Shown here piece by piece: positions 1-7,885 of a DNA stretch of 32,000 nt. The DNA lies in the NCBI GenBank assembly GCA_965219535.1, contig CBDCNV010000001.1, forward strand, positions 1,290,001-1,322,000. Direction: 5' to 3'. The stretch's first letter is position 1; the number at the start of each line of letters is the position of its first letter. The notes beneath the pieces are model-generated. The model did no database searches. It was not told the DNA's origin and saw only the letters and a list, made by a program, of their open reading frames with translations. The position numbers were made by a program, and so were the translations under genes. The DNA is from Opitutales bacterium. GTDB taxonomy: Bacteria; Verrucomicrobiota; Verrucomicrobiia; Opitutales; PNEW01.

Positions 1-497
1 AGAATTTTCCCTATCTCACGGACATGAGACTCGCAAATTGATTGATCTTCTTTGTTTAACCCGCGGATTTCATGCTCCGTCTTAACCTTAAGGAGTTTTC
101 TTCCCTGAAGATCTTTATATACTTTGTTGTATGTATCATTAAAGGTATTGATGCTGTTGCACACGCTCTTAACTGTTCGTTCTAGACTACGAGCGACTAT
201 TTGGACTAGGAAAAGTTCTAGCCAACCTGGAGATGCATACCGAATTGAGATGATTCTAGGACGATAACGAGGAGGGACTGCCCATTTTAGCTGGTTATAG
301 AAGTTGACTGCGCTGTAACCACCTTGCCAAGGATATGCTCCGTATGCATAATCTATCCGTTCTGTATCATGAATCCAATTATCTGGATTAAGCGCATAGT
401 AAAGGAAGTAACATTGTTCGTAAGTCCTAGGAAATGTATAGAGATCTTCTAGTGTCCACTCCCCATCAATAGGAATTTTGTATGATTCACCCTCCAT
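1..497 (-). CDS. hypothetical protein, N-terminal 165 codons (gene continues past the window start)
   Basis: Hand translation of the reverse strand gives an ATG at 497-495, then sense codons with no stop down to nt 3 (MEGESYKIPIDGEWTLEDLYTFPRTYEQCYFLYYALNPDNWIHDTERIDYAYGAYPWQGGYSAVNFYNQLKW...). It is missing from the ORF track only because it has no stop inside the window. No family recognised. Confidence 0.5.
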   Translation of the reverse strand, partial: MEGESYKIPIDGEWTLEDLYTFPRTYEQCYFLYYALNPDNWIHDTERIDYAYGAYPWQGGYSAVNFYNQLKWAVPPRYRPRIISIRYASPGWLELFLVQIVARSLERTVKSVCNSINTFNDTYNKVYKDLQGRKLLKVKTEHEIRGLNKEDQSICESHVREIGKI

Positions 498-821
498 GTC
501 ACTTTCAAAGGCAGATAAATTACTTTCTCGTTTACTACAATTTCACACCACTTTTAATAAAAGATAGTAAAGCAATTAAATTTAACGCAAGGTGATTTAC
601 CAAAGGGGTATCTAGCTATACCCAAGCCCAACAAAACGCTCTCATCACTCGTCAGCGCTCGAGAATGGTATGCTGTGGAAAACCTGCACCTAACATTAAG
701 GTGGGGTGAGTGCTGAAAATATTTGCCATTAACTCACTCGATTGATTCTACTTTTTTTAATCGAAATCGATATCCAGAACTTTAGAACCATTTGTTAGGT
801 TTTAAACATGTGGCGTTCAAA

Positions 822-1571
822 ATGAAATGGGAAATGAAACAACTCGAAGACGCGGTTCGAGCGGTAAACGGAGACCACGTTGCTAACAAACTCCAAGTTC
901 ATACTCGGTCCGTCGATTTGAAGATCACTATGAGGAATTACCACGCTTGCGAGTCCATCCGTATTCTGAAGGAGGCAATTTACGACAGCGACGTAATCTC
1001 CGATAACGTCCACGAAGCAACCGCTGCTTCCAAAGCGATCTGGCTTTCGGCAACAGGGCACCCGAGCGCCCCACCATTGATTTACGCCCGCGTTCGCGCC
1101 GAAGCTGAGATGATAGCCGCAGCGCAATCGCTCCATTCAACTGCTGATATTATGGCATCAGTTGTGTATTGGGCACTAGATTTTCCTTCCAGCGCGAAAA
1201 CACTTGACGAATTCCAACTCAACCTATTTCGCGTTCGCGAACACTTGCAACAGGATCTCGTATACACGGAAATCACAAACGCGATAAACGATTTTTTCGA
1301 TCTCCCCCAATTCAAATACCTTACTGCATACGTAAATACCACAAAACACCGAAGCCTCGTCGAGGCCCCGTATACCGCCCAAACCGACCTTCGTGATAAA
1401 CCTCGCCAAGGCTTTCGCATCAAGGCTTTTAAGTATCGTAAATCGAAACGAAACGTCCAATCATACAATAGGACCTGGGCTGAGGATTTTCTGTTAACCG
1501 ATGCGGAAATAGTTGGTAACGGTATTTTAACCATCGGAAACTCCCTTAACGACTACTACGCACGCAAGTAA
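822..1571 (+). CDS. hypothetical protein (about 250 aa, no recognisable domain), candidate partner of the downstream nuclease
   Basis: This is the only long ORF here. The track gives 792-1571 from TTG; the first ATG is at 822 and a GTG lies at 810. The overlapping reverse-strand ORFs are shorter and Arg/Ser-rich, as expected for antisense noise. It is on the same strand as the DUF4263 gene and 93 nt upstream of it. Confidence 0.55.
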   Translation: MKWEMKQLEDAVRAVNGDHVANKLQVHTRSVDLKITMRNYHACESIRILKEAIYDSDVISDNVHEATAASKAIWLSATGHPSAPPLIYARVRAEAEMIAAAQSLHSTADIMASVVYWALDFPSSAKTLDEFQLNLFRVREHLQQDLVYTEITNAINDFFDLPQFKYLTAYVNTTKHRSLVEAPYTAQTDLRDKPRQGFRIKAFKYRKSKRNVQSYNRTWAEDFLLTDAEIVGNGILTIGNSLNDYYARK

Positions 1572-1585
1572 CTTATAACCTTACA

Positions 1586-1652
1586 AATGCGTGAACCGGA
1601 GCGGCGATTTCGGCGGAATTTGATTTCAATGCGTGACTCCGCTGCGAGTCAC
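1586..1652 (+). promoter_or_regulatory. structured intergenic leader: direct repeat AATGCGTGA (1586-1594, 1628-1636) plus a perfect 7-bp hairpin
   Basis: The hairpin is GTGACTC (1633-1639), loop CGCTGC, GAGTCAC (1646-1652), ending 12 nt before the ATG at 1665. The 3' arm region (ccgctgcgagtcac) can also pair with the upstream gtgaaccggagcgg (1591-1604), 11/14 by hand count. Confidence 0.3.
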
Positions 1653-1664
1653 CTATAGAGTTAG

Positions 1665-2282
1665 ATGATGGGAAAAAGAGAAGAACTCGAAGAGATTCTT
1701 GACCGCGGGACAGGTGAACGGGAACTTTTGGCATTTCTGAAAGAAAATCCGTTCATCATCACAGAATCTCTTTCATTCCTCGGGAATCCGACAATCGTTG
1801 TTGCCGAATTCCCGATTGGTCAATCGTTCAAAGCCGATTTCATGGTGATCGCTCCATATTCGGGTGCTTTTGACATCAAGTTTATTGAGGTGGAACCCCC
1901 AAAGGAAAAGCTTTTCAATAAAGATGGGACCTTAGCAAAGCGGGCAAATAAGGCATTAGAGCAAGTGAATAGTTGGGCCACTTACATCATAAAGAAAAGA
2001 GTCGAGGTGCTTCAAGCTATCGAAAAATATGGGACTGAAAAGGATTTGATCCGAGGACCTCAGGAGATGCTTACATGCACTGCTGGAATGTCACTTTTTG
2101 ATCCAATCGTAAATGTTAGTTTCGACTATGATATTTTGATGGGTCGAAGAGAGGGCTTAAGTCGAGAAGACTTTGAAAGAAAGACGGCTTTCCGAGAAAA
2201 CAATCGAGTCCAGTTTGTCACATGCGATCGATTATTTGAAGGTGCAGATAAGATCGATAGGAACCCAGAAGTTTACATCTAA
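1665..2282 (+). CDS. DUF4263 / Shedu SduA C-terminal-like PD-(D/E)xK nuclease-fold protein, short stand-alone form (205 aa)
   Basis: The motif order matches the DUF4263 core as I remember it: ERELLAFLKENPFII, AEFPIGQSFKADFMVIA (Asp), DIKFIEVEPPKEKLFNKDGTLAKRANKALEQVNSW (acidic strand, then the conserved Gln helix). No database run was possible. Confidence 0.7.
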   Translation: MMGKREELEEILDRGTGERELLAFLKENPFIITESLSFLGNPTIVVAEFPIGQSFKADFMVIAPYSGAFDIKFIEVEPPKEKLFNKDGTLAKRANKALEQVNSWATYIIKKRVEVLQAIEKYGTEKDLIRGPQEMLTCTAGMSLFDPIVNVSFDYDILMGRREGLSREDFERKTAFRENNRVQFVTCDRLFEGADKIDRNPEVYI

Positions 2283-2290
2283 CCATACGG

Positions 2291-2323
2291 TGCAGGTAAC
2301 GCGTGAACGCGCACCTGGTTTTT
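2291..2323 (+). terminator. putative intrinsic terminator after the nuclease gene
   Basis: tgCAGGTaaCGCGtgaaCGCGcACCTGgttttt: two GC stem segments with a TGAA loop, followed by a T5 run, starting 9 nt after the TAA at 2280-2282. Confidence 0.5.
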
Positions 2324-2455
2324 AACGTTTAGCAGGAAATGAGGTATCATAAAATACACATAACCGAACCCCCTTGGATAAAAACACCCCCGCCGCATAC
2401 GGGTTAATCAATTGAAGATTTGGAGGGATCTGTCTTTGGATTGACCTGCTCCCGT

Positions 2456-3322
2456 TTACTGTACCAGAGCAAGTGTTAGTTCCGGCAGGGTGGTATGGGT
2501 TTTAACTTTCTTAGACATGGCTCTCTGGGCGTATTCGGCCGGAGGCCGATAGCCCAGAGAACTGTGTGGTCTTTGAGTATTATAATCAAGCCGCCAGGCT
2601 TCAAGTTTTTCTTTCGCTTCAGCGAGCGTACAAAATAGCTCGGTGTTAAGAAGTTCATCTCGTAAGCGTCCATTGAAGCTCTCAATATAACCATTCTCTA
2701 CGGGTTTACCTGGCCGGATAAAATCCAGCTTGATGCCATGGCCATAAGCCCATTCATCCAGTACTTTGCCGGAAAACTCGGGCCCATTATCGACGGTAAT
2801 GGTTTGGGGAAGACCGATTCCTGCAGCGGCTTTCATAAGTGCTGCAGCGACTTTGTGCCCACCGATGGACGTATCGACCAAAAGCAGTGGGCAAGCTCGG
2901 GTGTATTGATCGACAACGGTGAGTATGCGGAAGGGGCGGCCGTTGGTCAGCCGATCGCTCATAAAGTCCATCGACCAGCGCTCCTGGGCTGCTGAAGCCG
3001 CGGGCAGTGAGACCCGTCTTTGCGCGGCACGCTTCTTTCGTTTCTTCGTGCGCACTTCCAGCCCTTCGGCCTTGTAGATACGATAAACGCGTTTCTTTCC
3101 TACCGTCCAGCCTTCCCGCTTTAATAACACCGTGATTCGCCGATACCCGTAGCGCACGCGCGCTGCGGCGAGGTCACGGATGCGCATGATCAGCGCACGT
3201 TCGTCCTTCTTCACCGGCTGGTAGTTATAACTCGACCAATACAACTTCATCAGCCTGCACGCGCGGCGTTTGCTCACCTCATAAGCTTCCACTAACCAGT
3301 CAGCAATCACCTTCTTGCGCAC
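2456..3322 (-). CDS. IS3-family transposase OrfB (DDE/rve integrase core), expressed as OrfAB by -1 frameshift
   Basis: The rve-type sequence includes [16 protein letters not shown] and [15 protein letters not shown]. OrfB is in the -1 frame relative to orfA, so slipping on the A7 run gives ...[18 protein letters not shown]... Confidence 0.9.
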   Translation of the reverse strand: MRKKVIADWLVEAYEVSKRRACRLMKLYWSSYNYQPVKKDERALIMRIRDLAAARVRYGYRRITVLLKREGWTVGKKRVYRIYKAEGLEVRTKKRKKRAAQRRVSLPAASAAQERWSMDFMSDRLTNGRPFRILTVVDQYTRACPLLLVDTSIGGHKVAAALMKAAAGIGLPQTITVDNGPEFSGKVLDEWAYGHGIKLDFIRPGKPVENGYIESFNGRLRDELLNTELFCTLAEAKEKLEAWRLDYNTQRPHSSLGYRPPAEYAQRAMSKKVKTHTTLPELTLALVQ

Positions 3323-3327
3323 AGGCT

Positions 3328-3600
3328 TTATAATTTTTTTGCGATTACTTCCTGCAGCATGTGCTTGTCCAGGCTCAGATCAGCTACCAGCTTCTTCAAA
3401 CTGGCGTTCTCTTCATCGAGTTGCTTCAGCCGTCTTAATTCGCTCATTCCCATGCCCGCGTATTTACCCTTCCATCGGTGGTAGGTCTGTTCGCTCACGC
3501 CTAACTCTCGGCACACTTCGGCGATCCTTCGACCGCCTTCTACCTGCCTTAGGGCATAGATGATTTGTTCTTTATTATATCGTTTTCCTTTATTTTTCAT
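3328..3600 (-). CDS. IS3-family transposase OrfA (HTH plus leucine zipper)
   Basis: [90 protein letters not shown] is the classic IS3/IS407-type OrfA. Confidence 0.9.
   Translation of the reverse strand: MKNKGKRYNKEQIIYALRQVEGGRRIAEVCRELGVSEQTYHRWKGKYAGMGMSELRRLKQLDEENASLKKLVADLSLDKHMLQEVIAKKL
3334..3340 (-). other. programmed -1 ribosomal frameshift heptamer A AAA AAA of the IS3 element
   Basis: There are seven T on the plus strand (3334-3340), just before the orfA stop (3328-3330). The frame relationship of orfA and orfB was checked by hand. Confidence 0.75.
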
Positions 3601-3686
3601 GGGTGGTTCTTTCTCCTATTTTTTATTAGGTTTTCCACCCATGCCAGACTAAATCTTTGCTGGTCCAGTTTTACGGGGACAGGTCA

Positions 3687-4078
3687 AGGGGTGTGTCCTT
3701 GGTTTGGCCGGATAGGGGATAGCCGTCCACCGTCTGGTCACCGGCGATACCAAATGAAGTACAGCCATCTTTCGATGAAATCAATTTGGAAGGGGAAGTG
3801 TGGAGCGCTTTATGAGGGGAACCCGCTTCTTCACAAATACCGCGATGTAAATCGAGTAAATAGGGAGCCCGCTCATCGACCACACTTTTCATTTCTGGGT
3901 CGAGTGACTTCCAATCAAAGGCCATGTCGAGATATTCCCGGTAACCGGGATAATTCTTCATCGTAAATTTCGCATATGCGCGCCCGCATTCATAAGCCGA
4001 TCCCTCAAAGTCTACCAGGGGGATAACGCCTTCCGGTGCGAGGCGTGAGGTGGGGGGAGTATTACAAAAATTACTCAT
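3687..4078 (-). pseudogene. C45-family Ntn-hydrolase / acyl-CoA:6-APA acyltransferase-like gene, 3' part removed at the IS junction
   Basis: The 130-aa N-terminal part carries a nucleophile-type motif, DGCTSFGIAGDQTVDGYPLSGQTKD. The reading frame then runs into the IS terminal repeat, giving an IS-encoded tail DLSP and a stop at 3671-3673. Family members are normally about 350 aa. Confidence 0.6.
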
Positions 4079-4283
4079 GATATTACAACACTACACGATC
4101 TTTGCTTGATCTCATTAATATTTAGCCGATGAAAGATCCTTCTAGCAAGCTAACTATAAGGATCATAAAAACTGTTTATGTCATGAGAGCGCCTGAATAC
4201 ATAATATTTCCTCAAGTAATCATTATTATTTTTAATTTGCTTGGTTTCTCATAGAAAAGGGTATTGAAGTTTTATCTTATAAG

Positions 4284-5408
4284 ATGCTGGAAAAATTTAA
4301 AGTCCCGATTAAAGAACAGGTCAAAGTTTCGGAAAAATCACTGCGCAAGACGGTGACGGCTTTTTTTGAAAAGATGGGCGAATCTAATGAAGACGCAGCG
4401 ATCGCCGCTGATACACTCGTCACTTCAGATTTAAGAGGAGTGGAAAGCCACGGTGTATCAAACATGTTAAGTCATTATCGTAATGGCTATGAACAAAAGA
4501 AAATCAAGCCACAGCCGAATTGGCGTATCGTGCGCGAAACACCGGGCACTGCGAATATCGATGCCGATAGTGGACTGGTTGTTTTCCTCGGACGCCATGC
4601 GATGCAGATAGCGATTGAGAAGGCCAAAAAGGTTGGTGTGGGGGCCGTCACGGTCTTTAACAGCGAACACTCGGGAGCGATTGGGCATCATGCGATGGGC
4701 GCCGCTCAACAGGACATGATTGGCATGGTCATGACTTCAGCCAGTGCCCGTGTAGTGCCGACCTTTGCTTCGAAAGCGCTTCTCGGGACTAACCCTATTG
4801 CCGTTGCCGCTCCCGCTCGCAATGAAGCACCCTTTCTCTATGACGCTGCTACTTGTTCGGTTGCGATGAACAAAATCTGGATAGCCCGCCGATTGGGCTC
4901 GATGCTGGGGCCGGGTTGGATTTGCGACAATCAGGGAGTACCGATTGAGGAATCGATCCTTACGCCCGAAACTGATGATGAATTTTTACTCCTGCCATTG
5001 GGCGGAACACGTGAACAGGGTTCTCATAAAGGATCAGGGCTGGCGATGATCGTGGATATTATGGGGTCACTTTTAGCTGGATCGGAACCCGATATGCTCT
5101 GGAACGTGGATAATAAAGATCGAAAACAAAGCCATCATTTCACGGCCTACAATATAGAAGCATTCACCGAGCTCAATACATTCAAGGGCAATATGGATCG
5201 CATGTTGAATTTGATCAAAGAAACTAAACCAGTGTCGGGTGAAGAACGTGTACTCTATCCCGGCTTGCTCGAGTATGAAGAAGAGCAGGAACGGCGAGAG
5301 AACGGTATACCCTTTCATAAGGAAGTGGTGACCTGGTTTAGCGAAATGGCAGCTGAACTTTCTATTCCCGATCTCGAATTATGTGAAGTTAATATTAAAT
5401 CCTCATGA
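4284..5408 (+). CDS. Ldh_2 family oxidoreductase (malate/L-lactate/sulfolactate dehydrogenase type 2)
   Basis: LVTSDLRGVESHGVSNM, SGAIGHHA and LGTNPIAVAAP are typical Ldh_2 motifs. The stop overlaps the next start (ATGA at 5405-5408). Confidence 0.85.
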   Translation: MLEKFKVPIKEQVKVSEKSLRKTVTAFFEKMGESNEDAAIAADTLVTSDLRGVESHGVSNMLSHYRNGYEQKKIKPQPNWRIVRETPGTANIDADSGLVVFLGRHAMQIAIEKAKKVGVGAVTVFNSEHSGAIGHHAMGAAQQDMIGMVMTSASARVVPTFASKALLGTNPIAVAAPARNEAPFLYDAATCSVAMNKIWIARRLGSMLGPGWICDNQGVPIEESILTPETDDEFLLLPLGGTREQGSHKGSGLAMIVDIMGSLLAGSEPDMLWNVDNKDRKQSHHFTAYNIEAFTELNTFKGNMDRMLNLIKETKPVSGEERVLYPGLLEYEEEQERRENGIPFHKEVVTWFSEMAAELSIPDLELCEVNIKSS

Positions 5409-6169
5409 GCCGACTATTTGACACCTATCGAGCGCTACACGATCAGGTTTTTCTCCCGACTTTTGTTAAAGATCATATTCCCGATTCAAAAAAGTTGATT
5501 GAAGGATGCCTCGAGGCGGGAGTGCGGGTTATCGAATATACCCTGCGACGACCCGATGCCAATACGATGATCCCCTGGATCCGAGAAAACTATCCAGACC
5601 TCTATATTTTAGTCGGCAGCACGCTCGATAATGCTGCGATAGTCGAAAAACAGCGTGTGAAATTTCCGCAACTCCTGACCTTGGAAGAACTGGACGCCAT
5701 GGAAGTGGATGGTTTCGTCAGTCTAGTCGGTTTTAGCGAGAATAGTATGAAGCAGTATCACACGCGGCGTATCATGATTCCTGCGGTTTCTACCTTGGAA
5801 GAAGCATTTTCAAAAGTGGCTGCAGGTGCTCATTTTGTAAAGGTGCCTGGCTCCGATCCGGACTTGATTAAAAGTTATCGGTGGGAACCTGCTTTTGACT
5901 ATTGCCCGCTCTTTGCCACCGGTGGTCTGACTCTCGATCGTATTCCTATCGCCGTGGAAGCAGGTGCGGTTATTGCCTCCACCGGTTTTAACCTGGTATT
6001 AAAGGCGTGTTCCGCGGATGTATCTGTAAAGGAGATAGCTGCTATTATTAGACAGTACATGGAGACTGCCCAAAGCGCAAAGCGTGCAACCTGGCCCGAA
6101 CTGGCTAAAGTAGCCGATGCCGACAATCAAACATGGCTAAACGCATTGCCCCATTATCACCCGTTTTGA
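5405..6169 (+). CDS. KDPG/KHG (Eda-like) aldolase family protein
   Basis: GVRVIEYTLRRPDA, AGAHFVKVPG and LFATGGLTLD resemble the class I aldolase Eda family. It is translationally coupled to the upstream gene. Confidence 0.7.
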   Translation: MSRLFDTYRALHDQVFLPTFVKDHIPDSKKLIEGCLEAGVRVIEYTLRRPDANTMIPWIRENYPDLYILVGSTLDNAAIVEKQRVKFPQLLTLEELDAMEVDGFVSLVGFSENSMKQYHTRRIMIPAVSTLEEAFSKVAAGAHFVKVPGSDPDLIKSYRWEPAFDYCPLFATGGLTLDRIPIAVEAGAVIASTGFNLVLKACSADVSVKEIAAIIRQYMETAQSAKRATWPELAKVADADNQTWLNALPHYHPF

Positions 6170-6280
6170 GGTTGTAAGTTTGATTGCCGGTTTAAATAGC
6201 TATTTCTCTTTGTCTACATCCCAAATAGAGATAGCCACAAAACGCACAAGAAGCACAAAAAAAGATAAGAAACGAGTTAG

Positions 6281-6320
6281 GGAACAAACTTCAAGGTCAC
6301 GTCGAAGAGAGTTCCTTTTT
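6281..6320 (+). terminator. putative intrinsic terminator of the Ldh_2-aldolase operon
   Basis: GGAACaaaCTTC-aaggtcacgtc-GAAGagaGTTCC followed by TTTTT (6316-6320). Confidence 0.45.
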
Positions 6321-6375
6321 GTTGTCCCAAAGGAGCTGATCCATTCCAAAATTAGTCTCAAAGGGTATATTGATT

Positions 6376-6900
6376 TTAAGAAAAACTTTTGATGATTTTA
6401 TCCCAATGACCCTGTGTTTTCAATATCAGCTCAATAACTTCCCTCACGGCTCCTTGGCCGCCATGCTTGCGCGTGACATAATCGGCGATTTCTTTCACTT
6501 CCTCTGCACCATTGGGAACGGTTACGGCGAATCCAACTTTCTTTAGAACACTCAAATCAGGTAGATCATCACCAATGAAACAAATTTGCTGATCTTTTAT
6601 CGCAAGTTCTTCAATCAGTTTTTTGTAAATCTTCTCTTTTGACTTTATACCCTGGAATACCTTGTGAATATTTAATTCCTTGGCACGCGCTTTAACGGAA
6701 CCTGACTGACGGGAGGAGATGATGGCGACTTCGTAACCGGTTTGTTGGAACATCACAATCCCCAAACCATCCTGCACGTCGAAATACTTCATCTCCTGGC
6801 CTCGGTGATCTAATACGATTTGTCCATTGGTTAAAACACCATCGACGTCTAAAACCAGAAATTTTACTTTTTTTATCTTTTTTTTAAGCTGAGCATTCAT
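6376..6900 (-). CDS. kdsC: 3-deoxy-D-manno-octulosonate 8-phosphate phosphatase (HAD, KdsC family)
   Basis: FLVLDVDGVLTNGQI, GDDLPD and the 174 aa size fit KdsC. It has a 4-nt overlap with kdsD. Confidence 0.85.
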   Translation of the reverse strand: MNAQLKKKIKKVKFLVLDVDGVLTNGQIVLDHRGQEMKYFDVQDGLGIVMFQQTGYEVAIISSRQSGSVKARAKELNIHKVFQGIKSKEKIYKKLIEELAIKDQQICFIGDDLPDLSVLKKVGFAVTVPNGAEEVKEIADYVTRKHGGQGAVREVIELILKTQGHWDKIIKSFS

Positions 6901-7856
6901 ACCAAGCCGACCTTCAATAGATCCTGAACATCCAGCAAGCCGACCACTCGATTGCTATTATCCGTCACTGGAAGTTCGTCGATGCTCTTCTCCTTTAAGA
7001 TTCTCAGGGCATCGACCGCCAGCTTGTCCTGCGATATGGTTATGGCGGTTGTTGTCATCACATCTTTGACTTTCTTGTCCAAAAGATGAGGGTCAGTTTC
7101 GATATGACGACGAAGATCTCCATCGGTAAATATACCTAACAACTGGCCGCGTGCGTTGACCACACAGGCCGAACCACAGCGTGATTGCGTGATGCTTAAT
7201 AGGACATTCTTCACCCTGGTATTTTCTCTGACTTTTGGTAGCCGTTCTCCTTTGCGCATCAAATCTTCCACCTTCAGCAGCAGCTCCTTCCCAAGCGAGC
7301 CGCCCGGATGATATAAAGCAAAATCTTCTTTGCCTAACCCTTTGCGGACGATCAAACAAGCTGCCAGGGCATCACCCATCACCAAGGTAGCAGTCGTCGA
7401 TGCCATCGGCGCCAGACCCAGTGGACAAGCTTCCTTCTTTACCGAGACGTCCAACACAATATCACTGTGTTCTGCCAATTCCGATGAAGTATTGCCTGTC
7501 ATGGCAATGATTGTGGATCCAATCTTCTTAACAATGGGCAATAATTGTAAGGTCTCTTCGTTTTGTCCGCTATTAGATATCACAATGAGAATATCATTCT
7601 TCGTAACTTGTCCCAAATCACCATGAACCGCCTCTGTACTGTGCATCCACAGGCTCGGCGTCCCAGTTGATGATAATGTGGCTGAAATCTTACGTCCGAT
7701 AATTCCGGTTTTGCCCATTCCGGTGACAATTACACGCCCTCGGCAATCGGAAATAATCTTCACCGCTTTGACAAAATTTTTGTCTATCCTGGAAGATAAT
7801 GCCTCAACGGATTTAGCTTCGGTTTGAATCACTTCTTTGGCTACTTTTATCATCAT
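6897..7856 (-). CDS. kdsD: arabinose-5-phosphate isomerase (SIS plus tandem CBS)
   Basis: The SIS motif VTGMGKTGIIGRKISATLSSTG is present, with CBS pairs at the C-terminus. It sits in a kdsA/kdsC context. Confidence 0.9.
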   Translation of the reverse strand: MMIKVAKEVIQTEAKSVEALSSRIDKNFVKAVKIISDCRGRVIVTGMGKTGIIGRKISATLSSTGTPSLWMHSTEAVHGDLGQVTKNDILIVISNSGQNEETLQLLPIVKKIGSTIIAMTGNTSSELAEHSDIVLDVSVKKEACPLGLAPMASTTATLVMGDALAACLIVRKGLGKEDFALYHPGGSLGKELLLKVEDLMRKGERLPKVRENTRVKNVLLSITQSRCGSACVVNARGQLLGIFTDGDLRRHIETDPHLLDKKVKDVMTTTAITISQDKLAVDALRILKEKSIDELPVTDNSNRVVGLLDVQDLLKVGLV

Positions 7857-7885
7857 TGGTATGAAAAATCAGGGAACGAATTCTA

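Larger units (their letters stand above)
2442..3686 (-). mobile_element. IS3-family insertion sequence, apparently intact (about 1245 bp)
   Basis: It has an orfA/orfB pair with an A7 slippery site. The imperfect terminal inverted repeats are TGACCTGCTCCCGTTTACTGTACCAG...TTAGTTCCGGCA (from 2442) and the reverse complement of the right end, TGACCTGTCCCCGTAAAACTGGACCAG...TTAGTCTGGCA (ending 3686). The flanks (..ttggat / aggggt..) show no clean 3-4 bp duplication. Confidence 0.9.

Noticed and set aside
1332-1349. A possible HEPN-type Rx4H motif in the unknown 250-aa protein (YVNTTKHRS).
   Set aside because: The spacing and the Asn fit RNxxxH, but the defining Arg is a Val and I cannot align any other HEPN feature. 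That is too weak to call.
795-1534. Four reverse-strand track ORFs (795-1136, 928-1140, 1082-1534, 1224-1460) overlap the 822-1571 gene.
   Set aside because: They are mutually overlapping, Arg/Ser/Cys-rich and low-complexity, and each is shorter than the plus-strand ORF. This is typical antisense shadow, with no motif support.
3315-3966. Track ORFs 3315-3563(+) and 3565-3966(+).
   Set aside because: The first is antisense to IS orfA. The second spans the IS end and is antisense to the C45 fragment. Both are low-complexity with no motifs.
6180-6392. A 70-aa Lys/Arg-rich ORF in the convergent spacer between the aldolase and kdsC.
   Set aside because: It starts with TTG, covers the terminator hairpins and has a low-complexity basic composition. 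It is most likely non-coding.
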